Shown here: positions 1-11,878 of the stretch, one piece after another
How the letters are laid out: each line of letters begins with the position of its first letter
Numbering within the stretch: the stretch's first letter is position 1
Source of the DNA: Tetramitus jugosus
Taxonomy: Eukaryota > Protista > Heterolobosea
Assembly: GCA_937625935.1 (NCBI GenBank)
Contig: OW569347.1
Coordinates: 434,001-498,000 of the forward strand
DNA length: 64,000 nt
Reading direction: 5' to 3'
The notes under the pieces: generated by a model
What the model was told of the DNA's origin: nothing
Databases searched by the model: none
The model's input: only the letters and a program-made list of their open reading frames with translations
Program-made: the position numbers and the translations under genes

Positions 1-1
1 G

Positions 2-1244
2 CAAGTCATACAAATTATAGGACAGTAGCTCAAACACAATACACAAATGATTCTTCCACTCAAAATAATCCTTCATATGAATCACGTTGAACTCCTCATT
101 CTTATCCTTATCTCTCAAATCTTTTAAAATACCAATTTCAATCTTTGCCTGTTCAAAGAATTGAGCCTTGTTCTTGATGACCTTGATGGCCACTTCCTGA
201 GACGTATGAGTGTCAAAAGCTTTCACTACGACACCGAAACTTCCCTTTCCCAGGTTCTGTACAACTGAGTAACGACCTCCGATATCATCATTGATATGGA
301 CAATGTAGTTTCCATGCTCATCATCATATCCCTCATTGTAGCTCGATGTGGCTGGATGAGGTATGACTGATGATACGACCATTGGTTGTTGAGGTTGCAG
401 AATCGGAAGATTATGCCTCTGTTGTTGCTGGTGGTGGAGTTGCATTGCTGGTGGTGGAGGCATTGGTAGTGATGGTGGTGCTTGTTGTTGAGATGATTGA
501 TGATGAGAAGGATGATGGTGATAGGCAGTCGTTGCGTAATAGCCTGCTGCCGTATGGGGAAGTGCATTGGTTGAGTGATGCGCATTAGGCATGGCAAATG
601 GATTGGGTATGGATGAAGCGACGGATGACGTGTGATAGAATGGATTGTTGCTGACTATTGAATTGGTAAGATGATCATTGTTGTTGCTACTACCATTGTA
701 AGTGCCATTACTACTATTGCTATTATTGTTATTCCCACCACTACTACTGCTGTTACTGCTACTGTTGTTATTATTGTTGTTGTTATTAGTGTTGTTGTTA
801 CTGTTGTTCGTCATTGAGAAGGAGAATGGATTGGTAAACATGGATTGAGAGTAGTTGGGATAGGGTATCATTGCTTGTTGTTGTTGTTGATGTGGTGCAG
901 GTGGTTGTGGTGGAAAGGCTTGATTGGCAGCGATTGCAAACGGATGGAGTTGTGGTTGTTGTTGTTGTGTCGTCATGTAGGGCACTTGCGTATTTCTTGA
1001 TGAAGTCAATTGTTGTTGTTGCTGTTGCTGCTGCTGCTGTTGCTGTTGTTGCTTCATCAATGCTTCTCTCTTCTTCTTATTCTCATAATAGGATTGATTG
1101 ATACGCTTATACGTCCGAAGCACGTGTGTCGATAGAGCAAACACTGGCCGCCGCGTTGTTTCTCTATTCTTGTTGGATTGAACAGGAACGGTTGCTTGAG
1201 ACACTGGACAAACAACAGATTGAACAGAATACTCTTCTTTTCGC

Positions 1245-1278
<34 letters not shown>

Positions 1279-2251
1279 CTTCTTGATCCCATTCGCCATC
1301 TTCATGAGATGATGCATCGTAAGGCCGAACAACACTAGTTGGAGCAATTTCTTGATATTGAGAAAACATGGGTGGTTCGCTATTGGCTATATTACCCATG
1401 TGGCGAACAGGTGTTGGTTTGACCCATGAGGGATGATGAGGCTTGCTATTGTTGTATGGTTGTTGTTGCTGTTGCGATGATGGCTGCTGTAATGGCTGAG
1501 GCGTCTGATGATGATAATCGTACTGCTGCTGCTGTGAAAAATAATTGTTGCTGTTGTGACGATTGATCATTGCATTGTTGCCATTGCTATTGTTATAGTA
1601 CAGTTGTGAATTGTAGGGATGATGATGGTGATGATAACTCGGTTGTGGCTGAAGTGATGGATAAATGGGTGATGTTGTCAACGTCGTTGTTGTTGCCGTT
1701 CCAAATGCCGCATGCAAATGATTGTTCATCTCTTGCTTTTCAACAACATCATTGACTTGAAAAAAGCTTCCACTATTCACAACAGAAGTAGCACTGCCAC
1801 TGGCAGTTGCAACAACGGTTCCATACGGTTGTTGAGACTGCTGTGTAAATTGGCTATTGTTGTGCTGCTGATTTCCATTTTGATTATTGTAAATGTGCTT
1901 TGCACTTGCATTACTACCACTTGAACCAGTGCTATGATTGCTACTACTGCTACTACTACCACTATTAGTATTATTATTATTATTATTACACAGATGATTC
2001 ATCATTGATTGTTGCTGCTGTAGTGGTATAGGAAATGAGAATTGCTGCTGTTGCTGCTGCTGCTGTGAATAATTCATAGATTGAGAGCCGCTGGTATTGT
2101 TGTTGTGATGATGGTGATGGTTTTGTTGTTGAAAGTGAGGATGAGAGTTGTTGTTATTGTGGGAGTGATTGTGGCTCTGTTGTTGTTGTTGTTGTTGAGG
2201 ATGATGATAATAGGGATGTGTGTAATGATTTCTTCCTTGAACTTTAGCCAT
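2..2251 (-). CDS. DYRK1-like dual-specificity protein kinase, 5' part (runs off the left edge), with a long Q/N/H-rich N-terminus
   Basis: Not in the ORF track because no stop lies in the window. Manual translation of the ends and part of the middle (same frame) gives ATG at 2251 (MAKVQGRN...) and, near the edge, DH-box-like YNEGYDDEHGNYIV, then LGKGSFGVVVKA, VAIKVIKNK and HLCIVFELLSYNLYDL. Confidence 0.88.
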
Positions 2252-3165
2252 TCCGTGTGTGCTTGCTTATTTGTTTCAAATGTTTCTTTCCACACAAATT
2301 ACAGATTGAAATTGAGAAGTGTGTTGCAATGTGATGATATTATTAATGTAATACTCGTTTTTTGAATCACCTGGTGTGACTGAGGGTGGCTGTTTTTGAT
2401 GTTGGCAATGTTTGCTGCAGAGTGTGTTGTTATGGTGATGGCAGTTTGATGAATCACGCGCAAAGAGCGAGGTGGTGTTTCGTCGTTGTTCTTGTTAAGT
2501 GAGTCGTCTCTCAAATCAACAATGATGTATTGATAGCTGTGACTGCTGTCTTATTTTGAATTTGGCAAATGGATGAACACAACAAAAAAAATAGGAAGCA
2601 CACAACTGAATTCAATATTATATTGGAATAATGGAGAGAGATGCGTGTTCAACTTGCTGTGAGGTGTATTGTTTTTTTCGGCTATGTGTGCTGTTGTTGC
2701 ACAAAGATGCTCTGGGAAGAAGAAGGGCGAATGTGTATCTACGAAGGTCCAAGTTTGCACCTTGAGTGTTTCTTCCAGCCGAAAGAACATGAGAGACGGA
2801 GAGGTCGGATTATTGGAGGAGAGTAATTTCAGGCAGGTCTTTGCGAAGAATCGAATCCGACTTTTGCCTCTTCCCCTCCTTTCTGGTCTCATTGGTGACT
2901 TTACAATGGGAGAATTGATACAGAGTCACATATTTAGACGAAGCTGTTGTTTTTTGAAACCAAATAAATGTTCGATCATCTTCCCTGCAGGATTTGCTTT
3001 CCATCAGCACGTACGCACCGGTGCGTCTGCCAACGAGTGCTCACCGTTTGAGTAAAGTGGACGGTCCTTGATGGATATTATGCGTGTCTCCAATTGGCCA
3101 AGAGCCAAAATGCGTAATGCTTCCGGGAAGACGAAAGTCCTTTGTCGCCAACAGAAAAAAATCAA

Positions 3166-5551
3166 ATGAGCACGCATTGGTCCTACTTTCATGATTCATC
3201 ATTGGAGGATACGTCCAACAACAATCAAGCAATAGATTACGTTTACAGCGACTATGTGCCATTAAATAAGCGATCAAGGAAAAATGATGACTCATCATCT
3301 TCGTTTGCTGATCGAGCAATCATACTTGACGCTGGTTCTTTTGAGTTTCGCGCAGGTTGGTCGCATCAAGACTCTCCTCATGGTAAGTCACTCTACTATC
3401 ACCACCACTTTTGGTCATCACTTTTAATAATGTCAATCCGTTCATCAACCTTCTTGTTTGAACCATTTTGTGCTTTTGGCATTATATAGTATTGTCAAAC
3501 TAACAAACATTTTTCACACATGATCTTGATTCTTCATCATTTGTGTGTGTGCATTCAATGCTGCAGCTCAATTTAGACCGTTTGTTGGAAAGCTCAAGGG
3601 CACAGACCTCAAGAACTTGCACAACACTGTTGATTCTGAAGAAGATGAAGGTGAAGAGAACAATAATAAGAATTCTGCTCAATCATCCACTCAGCGCAAG
3701 AGAAAGAGACAACAACAAACAAGTAGTTCTTTGTCAAACGATGAATATGTGTACAGTGAGTTCACAAGGGGCTCTGGTGGTTACATGATTGGAGATGATC
3801 TACAACCTTATGATTTTTACAAATATGGCGCACGAACACCATTTGACAGAGAAGTTGTGTTCAATACAACTCTGCAAGAACACTTGTTTGACTACATGTT
3901 TTATCGATTGGGTCTTTCGAAATCAACCGAAGGAGTACCGCATCCAATTGTTATGACCGAGTGTATCTGCAATCCGAATTATGCTCGTAGTCAGATGAAT
4001 GAGCTATTGTTTGAAAAGTATGGAGTGCCTTCATTATGCTATGGTATCGACGCACTATTCAGCTACTATCATTTCAAAAACACGTCGTCGAATAAGACAA
4101 TGAACAATGGATTAATAGTTCGATCGGGGTATCACGCAACGCACGTCATGCCCATTTTTTCATTGGAGAATAGTAATAGCAATGATATGGATAATGTTTG
4201 TGGTCGCGGTCCATTCTATTTTGACTGTAACAATGTAAAGAGATTAGGTGTAGGTGGTTTCAATATGACAGAGTACTTGTACAAGATTCTACAACTCAAA
4301 TATCCGTTCACGAACTCGCATTTGGTCACAGCCAATCAAACAGCTGATTTGAATGTGAACACTCATCTCAATGGTGGTATCACTTTACAGAGAGCACAGG
4401 AGATCAAAGAGAAACACTGTTATGTATCGACGAATTATGGCGATGAACTGTACCGATTAGGATCCGATGAAAAATATTTCAATGAGCAAACACGAGTCAT
4501 TTTTGATAATTATGATGAATGGAAGCTGCAAAACGATTATTATGAGAGTCATAAGAGTGAGTTGGAGCAGAGCGGATTACCGACTGATGAATCAACTACC
4601 GCTACACCGGGAGAAGAAACGAAGAAATTTGAATCAAAGCAAGAGGCCGAGAAGTGGTTGCGTCAAGTGCATCTAAAACTTGTCGTTGCAGTACAGGAGT
4701 TGAAAACAGTGTCAGACGCACTTGTTGTGCGAGATGAACAACCAGCTGTTGATATTAAGAGTAAGAGATCAGCAGCAACAAAGCAGAGAAAAAAAGCTCA
4801 GCTTGCGGCTCAGATTCACGAAGGTGATGATGAAACATTCGGAATGGATGAGGATCACTGGGATTTGTACACGGAGATGGAATTGCCCGGTAAACCAAAG
4901 TTGGACTCAAAGCAGAGAAAACAATTTCAAAGGAGAAGGAAGGAACTTGAGAGTGAGGTCGCGCAGCTGACTCGTGAGATTCAACTCGTTGAACAAGATG
5001 TGTTTGGACATCAGCGCTCAACAGTGCCAACCTTTTTCTTGAATCAATATCAACATGGCAATGTAGCGAAGAAGAATAGAAGAGATAACATATTTTTCAA
5101 TGCCATATATGCGACTGTTGAGCGAATGAGAGCACCAGAGATTGTCTTTCAACCTGGAATGATCGGATTGGAGAATCCTGGTATCATAGAAATCATTCAG
5201 ACAATGATCTCTCAGTACCCAACAGAGAAGCAAAAACTGTTGTTGAGTAATGTATATTTATGTGGCGGAAACACACACTATCCTCAGTTTGCAGAGAGAA
5301 TTCAATCCGAAATAAGAGCGATCACACCATACGACTGGCCAACAGTTCAAGTGCATTCAGAACAATCTACAATGGATGTCTGGCGAGGTGCACGTGAGTG
5401 GTATGGATCGAACAACTGCAACAGGAAAGAAGCGTTTTTAACACGTGAAATGTACGATGAGTTCGGATCCAATCGTCTTCAACAGCATTTCCTGTCAAAC
5501 ATATTTGTCACAAAACCACCAACAATCGATGTAGAAGAACAAGATGAGTAA
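3166..5551 (+). CDS. ARP5: Actin-related protein 5 (INO80 complex); intron 3383-3566
   Basis: IILDAGSFEFRAGW, ELLFEKYGVPSLCYGIDALFS, charged insert with DETFGMDEDHWDLY, ERMRAPEIVFQP and NVYLCGGN. A GTAAGT...CAG intron joins the two ORFs in frame. Confidence 0.88.
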
Positions 5552-5808
5552 ACATGTTTGCAATGTATCTCCTCTTGTATTACAAAAAATATCTGACATC
5601 AACCATGTCGTTTTCGTCATTTTACAAAGTGCTTTTTCAATGATTTGATCGAGCAATGTTAGCGATTGCAAATGCGTCTCTCATCACAGGCCTGATTCTT
5701 CATCTGCCTGCACACTTATCTGCTGTTGATATTTTGTAGAGGGAGAAAAGCGGAATAAATTCCAACTACAAAAGGGATCACATCCATTGGTCACTCTCAC
5801 ACAAACAC

Positions 5809-6301
5809 CTACTCCAAGTCATCATCATCGAACATGTCTCCAAAATCTTTGTGATATTGCAGTGTTAGATACAAACAGATAACAAGAGCAGAAAACAAGT
5901 TGAATGATATGACGTCGTGACTTACTATTGTAGAAATCGGTATGTACTAAATTTCTCTCAATGTCCTTGATGGATGACTCTATTCCATTGTCCATGTAGT
6001 CAGCATCACCATAATCCATCATCATCATGTCAGATCTCCTCCTCTCATCGTCATCATGTTGTTGATGATCTGTTGTTATCATTGTTTGACTTGCATCGTG
6101 ATCATCATTCATCATGCCATTCTTGTTCTGTGAGTGTTCTCCATATTGTTGTTGATCTGCTGCTATTTTTCTTCTCTTGCTGCTCATGGATGCTGACGAT
6201 GACGCATCAGACGTTGTGCGATTGCTGCTGTTTTTGTTGTTTGACTGGGAGTTTGATTGACTGGATTCTCCATTCACTTTTCGCTTTTGATTCTCTCTCA
6301 T
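5809..6301 (-). CDS. COPS9: COP9 signalosome subunit 9 (CSNAP)-like protein with a long N-terminal extension; intron 5847-5925
   Basis: Splicing GTAAGT...CTAAC...AAG gives the C-terminus NLVHTDFYNNFGDMFDDDDLE*, which matches the CSNAP F/D-rich tail. Confidence 0.7.
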
Positions 6302-6512
6302 TGTTGAATTTCAGGTGTTGACGATCGTCTGTCTGAATTGCTACCTCTATTCTTCTTCCGTTTCGTGTGTGCTTGTGATTTTGGTCGGAAAAAAATTACA
6401 TGTTCTTTTGGCGGTCGAACCTGTTTTTCTCCGTCTGGGGAAATGTATGGAATTCCCTTTCCGTGCGTCACCCAAAACATTGTGCCTTCACCACAAACAA
6501 AACCATCTACAA

Positions 6513-7814
6513 ATGGAGCAACAACAACAGCTTCCCTTGCTCCAGCAACAGCAACATTTGGCCATTAACAATCAGATCATTGACAATCATGATCCCGAGG
6601 AGTGTGAGGAAGAGATTATCACTCGAAAAAAGTACACTACCGTTCTCATTGGAACACTGTATGCTCTCTTTCATTTCTTCTGTATTGGTCTCATCATATT
6701 CTACACTGTGAATAGCTTGGCAAAGCCATACACGGACCTGATTGCCATGAGCCATTACAGCAATAGCCACGTACATGTACAAGCAACGATTGCTGTTCAC
6801 CCGGAGAGTCATCCTGTTCATGATGACGGACGCACGAGTTCTTCTCAGGCGATGACAATGACCTACTACTTTGATTGGAATGATTACACGTCATTGAGAT
6901 TCCATTCTGTCATATTTTCTACCATTCAGCAACAACAACAGCAGCAGGATAACAATGATGTTGACTCATTTCAAATCATTCAATTGTCAAAGGCACCCCA
7001 GATTATCAGCAACAACTCAACAAACATCTTCTACAGTGGTAATATTACAATGGTTGTTGATTCAGATGATGATAGTAACAGCGATGACAATGGCCAATTT
7101 TATGTAGAGTCGTTTCACATGAACCCAGGGAGCACTGCACTGTTGAAATCTCAATTATCGCTCATGAACTCAAAGTACAGTCATCTTGTCTCTTGTGCCA
7201 TTATTGTGGGAGACGCTAATTACCGATTGTGGAGAAAGCATCCAACCAATTCTCTCTATCTCTTCAAGAATGTAAATGTGCAGCAGTCTGGTTCACATAT
7301 TGAATGGAGATTGCTGTTTGGTGATACGAAGTCATATCCACACTTTCCAACCAATGTACCATTAGGAGATGACAACTCTATTCGAGTTCCAATCTCTCGC
7401 TCCTCCATGATCTATATTGTATACTACGCCCCATTATCTACGGGTTCAAAGGGGGGTGAGATGATCGCAAATGGAACATTTGAATATGTGCTAAACACGA
7501 CTCAATATGAGATACCTTCATTGAGCAACGTTGTCTCTACATGTATCGTGTCCAATGTTTCAACATGTCAAGTACCAGCAAAGAACAACATTTTGATTGT
7601 ATCGAACTATACATCCGATGAACCAATTGTGAATAGCGAACTACAGTTCCAATATCAAGTATCCTATCCAAAGGTTTGGCTTTGGACCGGTGTGTTGATC
7701 TTCATACTGCTCTGTTTCGACATGGTATTGATATCTTGGAAGATTACTCAAGTTCTTCAACGCAAAAGCAGGGGATCAAGCATGGATGACTATGGGAATA
7801 TTTCACAACAATAA
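6513..7814 (+). CDS. Membrane protein of unknown function with two TM helices flanking a lumenal beta-rich domain
   Basis: Long ORF with hydrophobic segments near both termini (VLIGTLYALFHFFCIGLIIFY; WLWTGVLIFILLCFDMVLISW) and several N-x-S/T sites. The start at MEQQQ is assumed. Confidence 0.6.
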   Translation: MEQQQQLPLLQQQQHLAINNQIIDNHDPEECEEEIITRKKYTTVLIGTLYALFHFFCIGLIIFYTVNSLAKPYTDLIAMSHYSNSHVHVQATIAVHPESHPVHDDGRTSSSQAMTMTYYFDWNDYTSLRFHSVIFSTIQQQQQQQDNNDVDSFQIIQLSKAPQIISNNSTNIFYSGNITMVVDSDDDSNSDDNGQFYVESFHMNPGSTALLKSQLSLMNSKYSHLVSCAIIVGDANYRLWRKHPTNSLYLFKNVNVQQSGSHIEWRLLFGDTKSYPHFPTNVPLGDDNSIRVPISRSSMIYIVYYAPLSTGSKGGEMIANGTFEYVLNTTQYEIPSLSNVVSTCIVSNVSTCQVPAKNNILIVSNYTSDEPIVNSELQFQYQVSYPKVWLWTGVLIFILLCFDMVLISWKITQVLQRKSRGSSMDDYGNISQQ

Positions 7815-7834
7815 ACTTAAATTATTGAAACAGT

Positions 7835-10111
7835 TTAAGTGGCTGTTACACCATCACAGGGTTCGAAATATCTTCCTACATTCAATGATGGATTTGTAAT
7901 GAGTAGCCAACCAATCTTCGATTTGTTGTGTGATAGATGGTCTTGCCATTCTTCCACGACATCGGAGGATAAGTGGTTGTCAGTCAAATCAAAAATTTCC
8001 ATAATTCTAGTTGACGATTCACATTCGGTAATCGCTTTTAGCAAAGCGAGACCTCCAATATTAGTAATCCGATTGGCACTTAGATCTACGTCGAAACATG
8101 CCCTTTTGTTTGAATTGACAGCGTTTTTTACTCGATTTGATATTACTCGAGCTATTGAAGCTGCACCAGCGTCCCCTAACTTATTTTGAGCTAAGCGCAA
8201 AATCTTGAGGCTAGAGTTTTGTATTAGCGCCTGCTCAAGTTGCCCACTAATATCCGTAAGCAAAGTGTATCCAATATCAAGCATCTCCAATGTATTGTTG
8301 ATTGACAAACACTTGGCTATCGCCGCTGTTTGCATATAGGCATCATTACAACTAATTACGAGAGAGCGAACATGATTACAACTAGCTAAACTGTTAAAAA
8401 TATTTGCCATGTGATGCTGCTTCAGTTCACAGTTTGAAATATTGATATTGATGGGCTTGTGGTATTGGTCAGCTTCCAAAAAGCGGCAGAGCTCCACACA
8501 GGCACTATCTGACAACTCATTGTAACTTAAACATAGATATTCGAGGTCCATATTAGACAGGAGAGAAAATATCCCTCCTCCTGATATGCCACTCAGCGAT
8601 AGATCTAATATTTTCAGCCCTGACAAATAGGCTCCTTGGTTCATTCCGGCAGCTAGGACTGGCAGTATGTTGTTGGAGATAGTATTATCTGTTATTCTCA
8701 GCTCCTCGATCATTATGTTGTTGGTGGTACACGCTTCTTGTAATCCACTCAAGATAAATCTCACTGACTGCTCGTTGAGTCGATTGTCGGAGCAAATGAG
8801 TGTTCTCAGAGCTTTAGTATGACGTAACAGCTCTCCCAGTAACTCGCACGATGAAACATACATAGTTGTGGAGTAAAGGGCAATAGTATTAAGTTGATTT
8901 AGGATGTCAATAGTGCTCAACTTCATCCTTTTCGGCATCTTCTCACAATAAACCTCATTGGCGCGCTTTCTTTTACTTTCCACTACATTAGAATCACCAG
9001 CTTCGTTTTCTTCACAAAATAAGTCTGAATAGAGATCAAATTCCTCTGTTTGGTTATCCATTGTTGGTGATATACTGACAGACTGATCATACAAGGTATG
9101 TATCGATGACGCATAAAGATCAGATGATAAAAGAGAGGTTGACGCTCCTCTATTCAGCAATGAAAGTTTAATCATTTCAAACAAAAGAGAATTAAATGTG
9201 CTTTCTGATAGAAATCCATGAAACATCTTCAATTGCTTCATATTCGTACATTGAATCATATAATCTATTACACTAATTGAGGATGCGTCCCTTAAATCAT
9301 GAAATTCAACACTCTTAATGTCGCTGAGTCTTTCATTCATATCACGAAATATATTCTTTGACGAGCAAACCTCAATTGCATTATTCCCCAGCTTAATCTC
9401 ATGAACAAACTGACCATACATGTCGATTACTTGTCCGATCGTTTGTTGGTTGTAATGGTCGAATTGTTGATATCTATGATATGATCTATGTCCAGGTTCA
9501 TTAATATCAATACATTTCTTCCTCTGCTCCATGTGATGATCGAGATGAACCGTGTATTGGTTCGGTGTCTTGTAAGATCGACTGAGTATGGTAGGACTCA
9601 CTTTGACATCAAAGAATGATTCTTCATTCTCACCATTGTCGCTATAGTGCTCAAATGCAAAGTGCATACAATCCAATACGTGCCTCTGCCAATACAATTG
9701 CCGAAAATCGTGATGAATTTCATCGCCTGACGCATAATGGGTGAAGTGGTCTTGATTGCTTTGTGATAGAGATAAGTTGGGCCATCTGAGTGAAAATAAT
9801 CGATGCCACAAGTTATTGTCCTCAGTTGTGAGGCGATCAATGTCACTCTGAGCGTTCGTAGCGGCACTGTGATCTGATCGATTGATCGCGGTTGATTCAA
9901 TCTCATGCACACAGTTGAGCACATGGGCTGAACAATTCTGCTTTATGAGTTGTATTTCTTGTTTGGGTAGGCGTGCAATAAGCGAATGTAAATCGAACAA
10001 GTGAGCACTTTGGCCAATGAATTGCGAGCAGAAAAATGCTAGAGCATTTCCCTCCATTTTTTGTTCAATTATTTTTTGGGAAGAAAAATTCCGCTCTAGT
10101 TTTCTCGACAA
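7835..10111 (-). CDS. RNI-like leucine-rich repeat protein, possibly LRRC41/TCTE1-like at the N-terminus
   Basis: Repeated LxxLxLxxN motifs (LRTLICSDNRL, LEYLCLSYNEL, LKILRLAQNKLGDAGA). The true start may be the ATG near 10057. Confidence 0.75.
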   Translation of the reverse strand: MSRKLERNFSSQKIIEQKMEGNALAFFCSQFIGQSAHLFDLHSLIARLPKQEIQLIKQNCSAHVLNCVHEIESTAINRSDHSAATNAQSDIDRLTTEDNNLWHRLFSLRWPNLSLSQSNQDHFTHYASGDEIHHDFRQLYWQRHVLDCMHFAFEHYSDNGENEESFFDVKVSPTILSRSYKTPNQYTVHLDHHMEQRKKCIDINEPGHRSYHRYQQFDHYNQQTIGQVIDMYGQFVHEIKLGNNAIEVCSSKNIFRDMNERLSDIKSVEFHDLRDASSISVIDYMIQCTNMKQLKMFHGFLSESTFNSLLFEMIKLSLLNRGASTSLLSSDLYASSIHTLYDQSVSISPTMDNQTEEFDLYSDLFCEENEAGDSNVVESKRKRANEVYCEKMPKRMKLSTIDILNQLNTIALYSTTMYVSSCELLGELLRHTKALRTLICSDNRLNEQSVRFILSGLQEACTTNNIMIEELRITDNTISNNILPVLAAGMNQGAYLSGLKILDLSLSGISGGGIFSLLSNMDLEYLCLSYNELSDSACVELCRFLEADQYHKPININISNCELKQHHMANIFNSLASCNHVRSLVISCNDAYMQTAAIAKCLSINNTLEMLDIGYTLLTDISGQLEQALIQNSSLKILRLAQNKLGDAGAASIARVISNRVKNAVNSNKRACFDVDLSANRITNIGGLALLKAITECESSTRIMEIFDLTDNHLSSDVVEEWQDHLSHNKSKIGWLLITNPSLNVGRYFEPCDGVTAT

Positions 10112-10381
10112 TGTGATTCATAGGGTGGAAGACAATCGGTCCATTTTATAGTACTTTTGTGTTTTAAGGCCTAATTGTCCCAACAACGATTAGAGTGAAC
10201 CATAGTTAATATTGATGATCTGTTATCTCTGGAGACTTGAAGAATCTTGACATTGTCGGACTAAAAAAAGAATTGTAAGCGACAAGATTTTTTTTCGTGG
10301 CCAAACGAAAACACAAAAAAACGATCCTTTGAGGCAATCATCAACTCTGTACAAAAACACACGAATAGTAGGTGACAAATC

Positions 10382-11761
10382 ATGATTAGCGCTGTATTGA
10401 TTCTTAACGCAAGAGGACACGTTCTCATCTCTAGAGCTTACAGAGATAATGTTGACCCGTATGTGTGCACACATCATGATTACTTTTGGCCCCCAAAAAC
10501 AACAACAACAATTCTCACCTTTTTTTTCATACTTAGACGTTCGATTGCTGGTGCTTTCAGAACTCAAATCATCTCTGCCAAGTTGGCTGATCGTTGTCCA
10601 GTCAAAACCATTGGTTCTGTCTCATTCATGTTTGTCAGATATGAAGAAATGTTTGTCTTGGCTGTAACCAAGCAGAATGCACACGCTGCACTTGTATTTG
10701 AATTTTTGCACAAGTTGATCTTTTTGTTGAAGAGTTATTTCGATGGAAAGTTGACTGAAGAGAGCTTGAAGGAAAACTTTGCTCTTGTTTATGAATTGTT
10801 GGACGAAATTGTTGATTTTGGTTATCCACAGAATTGTGAACCTGCTGTATTGAAACAGATTATTACGTCTGGAGGTATGAAGGAAATCAAGCCTCATGAA
10901 GTCTCCAAGGCATTGAAGGAGATTACAGGTGCTGTCTCATGGCGTAAGGACGGTATCAAGTACCGTAAGAATGAAGTCTTCTTGGATGTGATTGAGAGTG
11001 TAAATATGCTCATGTCACCAAAGGGATCTGTCTTGAGCAGTGATGTGTCCGGAAAGGTTCAAATGAAGTGCTTCTTGAGTGGTATGCCTGAATGTAAGTT
11101 TGGATTGAATGATAAGCTCATGCTTCAAAGTGAGAACAAGACTGCTTCTCGTAAGAGATACAAGGAGATTGATATTGATGATGTGACATTCCATCAATGT
11201 GTCAAGTTGGGTAAATTTGACAGCGATAGAACAATTTCCTTTGTGCCACCTGATGGTGAATTTGAGTTGATGAGATATCGTATTACTGACAACATTGTAC
11301 CACCATTCCGTTTATTGTCTCCAATTGTGAGAGAGGTCAGTAAGACCAGATTGGAAGTCCAAATTACAATCAAGTCCGTGTTCCATTCCCGATTGTTCGG
11401 TAAGAATGTGGTTGTGAAGATTCCAACTCCAAAGAACACTGCCAAGTGTAAGATGCACGTTGGAAGTGGAAAGGCAAAGTACAGAGCTGAGGAGAGTGCT
11501 ATCGTTTGGTCCATTAAGAGATTCCCAGGTGATACTGAATTGAGCTTGAGTGCTGAGGTTGAGCTCATTGCATCCACTCTGGAGCAAAGGAAGTGGAACC
11601 GTCCACCAATCTCCCTTGACTTCCAAGTTCCTATGTTTACTGCATCTGGTTTGCATGTCAGATTCTTGAAGGTCTACGAGAAGAAGTTCCAATATCAGGC
11701 TGTCAAGTGGGTGAGATACATCACTCAAGCTGGTAGCTACGAGAATCGTATCACCCAGTAA
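10382..11761 (+). CDS. AP2M1: AP-2 adaptor complex mu subunit; in-frame intron 10459-10536
   Basis: MISAVLILN..LISRAYRD, YELLDEIVDFGYPQ, SWRKDGIKYRKNEVFLDV, FHQCVKLGKF and KWVRYITQAGSYE. A 78-nt GTATGT...TAG intron explains the inserted peptide. Confidence 0.93.
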   Translation: MISAVLILNARGHVLISRAYRDNVDPYVCTHHDYFWPPKTTTTILTFFFILRRSIAGAFRTQIISAKLADRCPVKTIGSVSFMFVRYEEMFVLAVTKQNAHAALVFEFLHKLIFLLKSYFDGKLTEESLKENFALVYELLDEIVDFGYPQNCEPAVLKQIITSGGMKEIKPHEVSKALKEITGAVSWRKDGIKYRKNEVFLDVIESVNMLMSPKGSVLSSDVSGKVQMKCFLSGMPECKFGLNDKLMLQSENKTASRKRYKEIDIDDVTFHQCVKLGKFDSDRTISFVPPDGEFELMRYRITDNIVPPFRLLSPIVREVSKTRLEVQITIKSVFHSRLFGKNVVVKIPTPKNTAKCKMHVGSGKAKYRAEESAIVWSIKRFPGDTELSLSAEVELIASTLEQRKWNRPPISLDFQVPMFTASGLHVRFLKVYEKKFQYQAVKWVRYITQAGSYENRITQ

Positions 11762-11769
11762 ATGTGTGT

Positions 11770-11878
11770 TATTTGCCACGGATAAACTATTAAGGTGGCG
11801 GTCTACTGTCGATCAAGCCATAATAAAAAAATTATGGTTTCCCGATAAGACACCTTAACGCTCCTACATAATCGGGAT
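11770..11878 (-). ncRNA. Predicted Fanzor omegaRNA: ~88-nt scaffold followed by a flank-derived guide
   Basis: Lies between the Fanzor stop and the element end. Stems TCCCGAT/ATCGGGA (11840-46/11871-77) and CCATAAT/ATTATGG (11818-24/11831-37). Loop sequence 11851-58 is complementary to terminal 11790-97. Confidence 0.7.

Noticed and set aside
226-2514. Many short V/L/M-rich or T/I-rich ORFs
   Set aside because: They are mostly shadow frames of the trinucleotide-rich DYRK 5' region. The same applies to the short ORFs within 19462-21696 and 55732-58788.
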